Shown here in pieces: positions 31,114 to 36,763 of a DNA stretch of 36,763 bases (positions are counted from its first letter, which is position 1; every line of letters starts with the position of its first letter). The DNA comes from Pseudomonadota bacterium (lineage in GTDB: Bacteria; Pseudomonadota; Gammaproteobacteria; Burkholderiales; Burkholderiaceae). The translations under genes and the position numbers were made by a program. Under the pieces are notes generated by a model. That model was not told where the DNA came from. It was given only the letters and a program-made list of their open reading frames with translations, and made no database searches. The stretch lies in the NCBI GenBank assembly GCA_046046075.1, contig JBJOKN010000009.1, forward strand, positions 1 through 36,763. Direction: 5' to 3'.

Positions 31114-31145
31114 AAAAAGCACAAAGGCAGCCGAAGCTGCCTTTG
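31114..31145 (-). terminator. Intrinsic terminator after rplS
   Basis: Minus strand CAAAGGCAGC-TTCG-GCTGCCTTTG followed by TGCTTTTT. Confidence 0.85.
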
Positions 31146-31164
31146 CATAAAAAATTGGTACTGA

Positions 31165-31551
31165 TTACTCAGCAGCAACTTCTTTTGTGCGAGCTTGTAG
31201 CTTCTCTTTGATACGTGCTGATTTACCAGAACGATCACGCAAGTAGTACAACTTAGCACGACGCACATCACCGCGACGCTTCACTTCAACGCTAGCGATC
31301 AATGGTGAGTATGTTTGGAATGTACGCTCAATACCTTCGCCAGATGAAATCTTGCGAACGATGAAGCTTGAGTTCAAACCACGATTGCGTTTAGCAATCA
31401 CAACACCTTCGTAAGCCTGCACACGTTTGCGGTTACCTTCAACCACGTTAACGTTCACAACAACTGTATCGCCAGGTGCAAACGCAGGAAGCGTTTTGTT
31501 GGCTGTTAGACGAGCAATCTCTTCTTGCTCAATTGATTCAATAATGTTCAT
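31165..31551 (-). CDS. rplS: 50S ribosomal protein L19
   Basis: [31 protein letters not shown]. Confidence 0.98.
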   Translation of the reverse strand: MNIIESIEQEEIARLTANKTLPAFAPGDTVVVNVNVVEGNRKRVQAYEGVVIAKRNRGLNSSFIVRKISSGEGIERTFQTYSPLIASVEVKRRGDVRRAKLYYLRDRSGKSARIKEKLQARTKEVAAE

Positions 31552-31564
31552 TACAACTCCTATA

Positions 31565-31613
31565 GCATCGTACCAACGTTGTATTCCGAATAAACGGACT
31601 TGGTAGAGGATGC
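31565..31613 (-). promoter_or_regulatory. Structured RNA element in the trmD-rplS spacer (candidate leader)
   Basis: Nested pairings GCATC/GATGC, TACCAA/TTGGTA and inner TCCG/CGGA; ends 3 nt before the AGGAG SD. Confidence 0.5.
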
Positions 31614-31629
31614 GGTTTAAAACCCTGTT

Positions 31630-32379
31630 TTATTTTTGCAAAGAGGCTAAAAAAGCTTCATCTGCAGAACTCAACAAGCCTTGCTGGCGTGCCTGAATGA
31701 TTAAATCAGGTCGCCGCTTTAACGTCAGCTCCAAAGATTGTTTCCGACGGTAATCCGCTATTTTAGCGTGATGTCCGCCTAAAAGCACGTCCGGAACCAA
31801 TAAATTTTCATAATTTTCGGGCCTGGTGTAGTGAAAACAGTCCAAAAGCCCTTCCATAAAGCTATCTTGGGCCACAGAATCAGCATCTCCAAGGGCTCCA
31901 GGGATCAAACGAATCACGGCATCCATCACGGCCATGGCGGGTATTTCGCCCCCAGAAACCACAAAATCCCCCAAACTCAGCTCTTCATCCACGCGGCGCT
32001 CGACCAAACGCTGATCAATTGCCTCGTAACGACCACACAACAGGGTCACAACTCCTAAATCCTTAATATATTTGGCTTTTTTCTGAGTAAATCGCTCACC
32101 CTGTGGCGATAACAAGATCACCGGGCCTTTTTTAGCCTTTTGCTCCTGATCTTTTGCCACAGCATCAAGGGTGTCTTCCAAGGGTTTTGCCATCATGACC
32201 ATGCCAGGACCACCACCATAGGCACGGTCATCGACCGTTCTTCTGGCGTCTTGGGTAAAGTCCCTTGGGTTCCAAGTATGAATCGTCGCCAAGCCCTGCT
32301 CGAAAGCTCTGCCTGTGACCCCCCAAGAGGTCAAAGCAGAAAACATTTCAGGGAAGATGGTTACAAGATCAAAACGCAT
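31630..32379 (-). CDS. trmD: tRNA (guanine-37-N1)-methyltransferase
   Basis: [37 protein letters not shown]. Confidence 0.97.
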   Translation of the reverse strand: MRFDLVTIFPEMFSALTSWGVTGRAFEQGLATIHTWNPRDFTQDARRTVDDRAYGGGPGMVMMAKPLEDTLDAVAKDQEQKAKKGPVILLSPQGERFTQKKAKYIKDLGVVTLLCGRYEAIDQRLVERRVDEELSLGDFVVSGGEIPAMAVMDAVIRLIPGALGDADSVAQDSFMEGLLDCFHYTRPENYENLLVPDVLLGGHHAKIADYRRKQSLELTLKRRPDLIIQARQQGLLSSADEAFLASLQK

Positions 32380-32399
32380 GGCCACATCATATAAAGGAT

Positions 32400-32966
32400 T
32401 TACCAGTCTAACTGCCAGTCCACAGTGATTTGACGTTGCGGATCATTTGCATCTTTATTGACTGATTTGATAACAGATTCAATAAATGGAATCAAACGAT
32501 CCTCTTTTTGACCGTCCATGCGAACACATAGAATTGATTGTGCGCCGTTGTCCATTAAATCAACGACCAATCCCAAGGACTCGCCCTGCTCATTGATCAC
32601 AGGCAAGCCAATCAGATCAACCCAATAAAAGCTATCGTCTTCTTCTTCAGGAAAATCCGCGCGACTAACGTAAACCGCAGAACCTTTGAGGGTTAAGGCT
32701 TGATCACGATCATTGATATCTTCTAAACCAAGCAAGATTTGCCCACTGTGCTCTTTGGCAGTTTTAACAGCCATAGGTCGAGCCAAGTCAGCCAAGGCTG
32801 GAGGCTTAGATAACCAAACAAGCGGCGCTGAGAATAAAGCTAAGGGCTCTTTTGAATAAGGTTTGATTTTCACCAAACCCCTGATCCCTTGAGCGTCGAG
32901 CACATGCCCGACAAGAACTAGGTCAGATGGAGAACTCGTTGCAGTACTTTTCATTGCAGTACTCAT
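32400..32966 (-). CDS. rimM: Ribosome maturation factor RimM
   Basis: [27 protein letters not shown]; GGAGG SD before ATG 32966. Confidence 0.94.
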   Translation of the reverse strand: MSTAMKSTATSSPSDLVLVGHVLDAQGIRGLVKIKPYSKEPLALFSAPLVWLSKPPALADLARPMAVKTAKEHSGQILLGLEDINDRDQALTLKGSAVYVSRADFPEEEDDSFYWVDLIGLPVINEQGESLGLVVDLMDNGAQSILCVRMDGQKEDRLIPFIESVIKSVNKDANDPQRQITVDWQLDW

Positions 32967-32995
32967 GAGAGCCTCCATCAACCAAGACTTACAAC

Positions 32996-33241
32996 TTAGG
33001 CCTTAGGAGCACCCTTAAGTAAACGTGCTACTGTTGGTGACAACTGAGCACCAACGCCTTGCCAATAAGTCAAACGATCCTGAGCAATACGAAAACCTTG
33101 TTCAGTTTCTACTGCGCTAGGATTGTAATAACCGATGCGCTCGATAAAGTTCGAGTCACGACGATTGCGTTTGTCTGTAGCTACGATGCTAAAGAATGGA
33201 CGATTTTTAGAACCGCCACGTGCGAGTCGAATGACGACCAT
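32996..33241 (-). CDS. rpsP: 30S ribosomal protein S16
   Basis: [10 protein letters not shown]...[13 protein letters not shown]...GAQLS. Confidence 0.98.
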   Translation of the reverse strand: MVVIRLARGGSKNRPFFSIVATDKRNRRDSNFIERIGYYNPSAVETEQGFRIAQDRLTYWQGVGAQLSPTVARLLKGAPKA

Positions 33242-33319
33242 GTGATTTCCTTACAATGCTGAAATAAACCACGTATTCTATCGCAGAATTGCCCAGAAGA
33301 CCAAAATTTAAAGGTAAGC

Positions 33320-33811
33320 ATGACTAATTTAAGACCATCGACCCTATTTTTGACACTCTTGGCCAGTTCCAGTCTTTTGCTGGGTGCTTGCGCCCAAGTC
33401 ATGCCTCCCTGTAACGCGGTGAACGCGCCTGCCATTCAGGATGTACAAGCCAGTCAATGGACCTTGATTAGATGGCATTACACGAGCCCCAATGATGGAA
33501 AAACCCGTCAAAGATCCATTCCACATGGTGAAAATAAGAATCCTCTGACTCTTAACTTTTCATCAGATGGCAAATCTGTCAGCGGGCACTCGGGTTGCAA
33601 TCTTTATACAGCTCAAGTTCAAGTGGGAGACAAAGGCTTTGTATTAGAAAAAATAGCCGGGACCCGCAAAGCCTGCGATCCTGCTGCCAGCGAATTGGAA
33701 TATAAATTTTTGAGTCATCTGAGTAACTATCGCAGCATCGTGCGCGACGGTGACCGTCTCTTGATCATGACCCGTGACAATGAGGTTTTAAGCTTTTCAC
33801 TCAAAAACTAA
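33320..33811 (+). CDS. META/HslJ domain lipoprotein
   Basis: Lipobox LGAC, SGHSGCN, TRKAC. Confidence 0.85.
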   Translation: MTNLRPSTLFLTLLASSSLLLGACAQVMPPCNAVNAPAIQDVQASQWTLIRWHYTSPNDGKTRQRSIPHGENKNPLTLNFSSDGKSVSGHSGCNLYTAQVQVGDKGFVLEKIAGTRKACDPAASELEYKFLSHLSNYRSIVRDGDRLLIMTRDNEVLSFSLKN

Positions 33812-33879
33812 GCTGCTCAAATCAGAGAATTTGATTAAGAGATTAAAACGCTGACTCATTAAATCAATACAATCAGTTC

Positions 33880-34320
33880 ATGCATAAAAATAAACTTCTC
33901 TTCTGCGCCTTGGGTCTTTTTTTCCCAAGCACTGGTTTCAATGTTTTTTACCTAAAAGGTCTTAGCAGTCCATGGGCTTGGTTGCACATGGTCAGCCTAT
34001 TTGCAGGCATTTTGGGCTGGAAATTATTGGGTGCCAGTGATATGTCTTCTGCCTTAGGTTGGATTTTGGCAGCCATTGGATTTATTTCATTCGAGGCCAG
34101 CTTACTAACCACCATTGTGTTTGGCTTAAGACCGGATGAAAAGTGGGATGCTCAATTCAATGCCAACAGCGGACAAAAAAGTGCTTCAGGCTGGTTGGTG
34201 ATTTTGTGCGTGATTGCTTCTTTGATGATTGGTGCAGCAGTTTTGATGATTGGCTTGGCAATTGCGTTCGAACAACACTTCCTCAGTCAATTTGAGGCTG
34301 CCAAAAAAATATCTCAATAA
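33880..34320 (+). CDS. TM2/NINE-like membrane protein
   Basis: Hydrophobic; FYLKG...WLH and GLRPDEKWDAQFN resemble the Burkholderiales protein usually near rpsP (from recall). Confidence 0.65.
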   Translation: MHKNKLLFCALGLFFPSTGFNVFYLKGLSSPWAWLHMVSLFAGILGWKLLGASDMSSALGWILAAIGFISFEASLLTTIVFGLRPDEKWDAQFNANSGQKSASGWLVILCVIASLMIGAAVLMIGLAIAFEQHFLSQFEAAKKISQ

Positions 34321-34359
34321 AACAAAAGATAGTTCTAAGAAGTAATAAAATTAGCGCTG

Positions 34360-34383
34360 AAGAGTGGGATGCCCCACTCTTTC
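34360..34383. terminator. Hairpin between convergent genes (probable terminator)
   Basis: AAGAGTGGG-ATGC-CCCACTCTT; short T tail. Confidence 0.6.
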
Positions 34384-34399
34384 ATCAATCTAATTTCGA

Positions 34400-35341
34400 T
34401 CAACCCAACTCTTTGATCAACTCTGGTACCGCTGTGAACAGATCAGCCACAAGACCATAATCAGCAACACTGAAAATGGCAGCATCAGCATCTTTGTTGA
34501 TCGCCACAATGACCTTAGAGTCTTTCATACCAGCCAAGTGCTGAATAGCCCCTGAAATACCCACTGCAATATAAAGCTGCGGAGCCACAATTTTTCCAGT
34601 TTGTCCTACCTGATAATCATTAGGCACATAACCAGCATCAACAGCCGCTCTCGATGCTCCCAAAGCAGCGCCTAATTTGTCAGCCAAAGGCTCTAGCAAC
34701 TCTTGATACTTTTCCGCAGAACCCAAACCGCGACCGCCAGAAACCACCACTTTTGCCGCTGATAGTTCTGGACGATCTGATTGATTGATTTCTTTAGAAA
34801 CAAATGCAGAAATAGCTGAATCAGCTACGGTAGAAACTTTTTCAATCACCGCATTGCCACCAGTGTTAGCTACCGCATCGAAGCCAGTGGTACGAACTGT
34901 GATCACTTTGATAGCATCGCGAGATTGGACTGTGGCGATGGCATTACCCGCATAAATAGGTCTTTCAAAAGTATCAGTACTGATCACTTTGGTGATATCT
35001 GATACTTGAGCCACATCTAATTTTGCTGCCACTCTTGGCAAGGTATTTTTACCAATGGCTGTAGCAGGCGCCAAGATATGAGAATAAGCCGAGCCTGATG
35101 CCAGAGCCAAAATTTGCTCCGCCAAGTTTTCGCCCAGTTGATGTTGTAAGTGCGGCGCATCCACATGAATAACCTTGGCCACCCCAGACACCTGAGACGC
35201 TGATTGAGCCGCAGCTTCAGCTTGATGGCCTGCAACTAATACATGCACATCACCACCACAAGCAAGAGCAGCTGCAACTGTATTAAGAGTTGCCGCCTTC
35301 AAAGAAAGGTTGTCGTGTTCTGCTATTACCAAAATAGTCAT
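34400..35341 (-). CDS. etfA: Electron transfer flavoprotein alpha subunit
   Basis: RPIYAGN, SGGRG, QVGQTGK, GISGAIQH, AINKD. Confidence 0.97.
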   Translation of the reverse strand: MTILVIAEHDNLSLKAATLNTVAAALACGGDVHVLVAGHQAEAAAQSASQVSGVAKVIHVDAPHLQHQLGENLAEQILALASGSAYSHILAPATAIGKNTLPRVAAKLDVAQVSDITKVISTDTFERPIYAGNAIATVQSRDAIKVITVRTTGFDAVANTGGNAVIEKVSTVADSAISAFVSKEINQSDRPELSAAKVVVSGGRGLGSAEKYQELLEPLADKLGAALGASRAAVDAGYVPNDYQVGQTGKIVAPQLYIAVGISGAIQHLAGMKDSKVIVAINKDADAAIFSVADYGLVADLFTAVPELIKELG

Positions 35342-36091
35342 TTAGATCACCTTCGCTTCATTTTTAAGTTTTTCTACCAAAGTTTTGATGTCCGGAACCA
35401 TCACTCCTGCACTGCGTGCTGGTGGCTCTGAAACTTTGATGGTTGTGAGGCGTGGCGTCACATCAACAGATAAATCCTCTGGCTTGAAGATATCCAAAGG
35501 CTTCTTTTTGGCCTTCATGATGTTAGGCAATGTGACATAGCGTGGCTCGTTTAAACGCAAATCAGTAGTGACCACAGCCGGCAAATTAACAGCAATGGTC
35601 TCTAGGCCGCCATCAACTTCACGCGTCACTGTTGCTTTACCATCAGCAAGCTGAACTTTTGAAGCAAAAGTTGCTTGAGAGATGTTCAATAAAGCTGCCA
35701 ACATTTGACCAGTTTGATTGCTGTCATCATCAATCGCTTGTTTACCCAAGATAATCAAATCAGGTTTTTCTTTATCAACAATAGCTTTTAATAACTTAGC
35801 AACTGCCAAAGGCTGTAGCTCAGCATCTGTTTCTACCAAAATACCTCGGTCGGCACCAATCGCCATGGCCGTGCGAATCGTTTCTTGAGATTGAGTCAAA
35901 CCACAAGAGACGGCAACGATCTCGGTGGCAAGACCTGCCTCTTTTAGGCGCACAGCTTCTTCAACTGCAATCTCGTCAAATGGATTCATGCTCATTTTGA
36001 CGTTTGCAATATCAACACCGGATTGATCAGATTTGACCCGCACTTTAACGTTGTAATCCACCACACGTTTAACAGCCACCAAAATTTTCAT
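35342..36091 (-). CDS. etfB: Electron transfer flavoprotein beta subunit
   Basis: [32 protein letters not shown]. Confidence 0.97.
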   Translation of the reverse strand: MKILVAVKRVVDYNVKVRVKSDQSGVDIANVKMSMNPFDEIAVEEAVRLKEAGLATEIVAVSCGLTQSQETIRTAMAIGADRGILVETDAELQPLAVAKLLKAIVDKEKPDLIILGKQAIDDDSNQTGQMLAALLNISQATFASKVQLADGKATVTREVDGGLETIAVNLPAVVTTDLRLNEPRYVTLPNIMKAKKKPLDIFKPEDLSVDVTPRLTTIKVSEPPARSAGVMVPDIKTLVEKLKNEAKVI

Positions 36092-36401
36092 AAAGACTCT
36101 TTTTTATTGTTGACAAAGATCCAGTCATATCAAAAATTAAAACTACTTTGATTGATTAACTGAGTTTGCTTAATAACTTATTCAATATTCTCATTTTAAT
36201 ATGCCTAAAAAGTTCTGGCACTGAAACCGATTACTACCCAACACCTCCAATATCACCCCTTTAATACCATTTTGACGGCCAACAGAGCGAGGCAAGGGAA
36301 TGAGGTCGCAAACCTAATGGGGATCTACTCAATAACATCAAGGAATTATCAGGAAAGTACTGATTGATTAGAGTCGTAAAATACTGCTTTAATGACCTTT
36401 A

Positions 36402-36763
36402 ATGACAAATACCGACTCCACCGCAATCCACTTAACAGCGCAAAAAGATACTTCTGATTTGAATAACACCACTGCTCTCACACACACATTCCTCAAGTTG
36501 ATTCTTGGGGGTATTTCTGCGATCCTCTTATCGTCTTGCGCCAATCTCAACGGTGGAAGTTCCAGCCCATCAGTTACATCCAATCAAAGCACAAGCTCAA
36601 CAGAAATCATCAGTCAAGCAGAGTCAATCAACCCAGACTCCTTGCAGGCTTTTTTAGAAATGGTGTCTAAAAAACATCAAATTCCGATGAGTGATTTAAA
36701 GCGTGCTTTTGATGACACAAAAGCAATTCCATCGATCAAAAAACTGGTGATGCCTCCGCCGCC
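36402..36763 (+). CDS. mltB: Lipoprotein, probably lytic murein transglycosylase B (partial)
   Basis: Manual translation MTNTDST...LILGGISAILLSSC (lipobox)...FLEMVSKKHQIPMSDLKRAFDDTKAIPSIKKLVMPPP, open to the window edge; start uncertain. Confidence 0.6.
   Translation, partial: MTNTDSTAIHLTAQKDTSDLNNTTALTHTFLKLILGGISAILLSSCANLNGGSSSPSVTSNQSTSSTEIISQAESINPDSLQAFLEMVSKKHQIPMSDLKRAFDDTKAIPSIKKLVMPPP

Noticed and set aside
36172-36196. Fur-like half site (AATGAGAAT on minus strand) upstream of etfB
   Set aside because: Only half matches, in very AT-rich DNA
1-36763. Defence system, prophage, IS element, tRNA/rRNA, CRISPR array or biosynthetic cluster
   Set aside because: Nearly all coding space is recognisable housekeeping genes; no recombinase, nuclease, phage gene or array seen; the fab cluster is ordinary type II fatty-acid synthesis

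Overview
Core-chromosome, housekeeping-rich window from an AT-leaning betaproteobacterium. Gene content and order suggest Burkholderiaceae, most like Polynucleobacter (inference). Gene order: fabF (partial)-acpP-fabG-fabD-fabH-plsX-rpmF-yceD / maf, RsmI-like methyltransferase, S49 peptidase, HAD phosphatase, FAH-family hydrolase, rluC / rne, moaA, moeA, small membrane protein, 2-hydroxyacid dehydrogenase, 7Fe ferredoxin plus reductase, divergent Fe3+ ABC permease/ATPase, thyA-folA, pmbA / mog, AEC transporter, orn / M48 peptidase, rsgA, CobD/CbiB-like protein, Nudix hydrolase, rplS-trmD-rimM-rpsP, META lipoprotein, TM2-like protein, etfAB, mltB (partial). I found no rRNA, tRNA, CRISPR array, transposase, integrase, phage or defence gene, and I cannot support a novel multi-gene system. 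The notable signals are small-scale. (1) Three gene lesions within about 11 kb: an 8-bp tandem duplication frameshifts the RNase E tail, the ferredoxin reductase lacks its start and FAD-binding N-terminus, and mog has an in-frame deletion of its catalytic core with a junction TGA. (2) At least eight genes have a -10 hexamer exactly 6-7 nt before the ATG, suggesting frequent leaderless mRNAs. (3) A structured candidate leader RNA abuts the rplS ribosome-binding site. (4) A Fur-like box spans an 18-bp divergent gap in the iron transporter. (5) Short near-tandem duplications are frequent. The lesions could be real decay or assembly errors; read mapping would decide.
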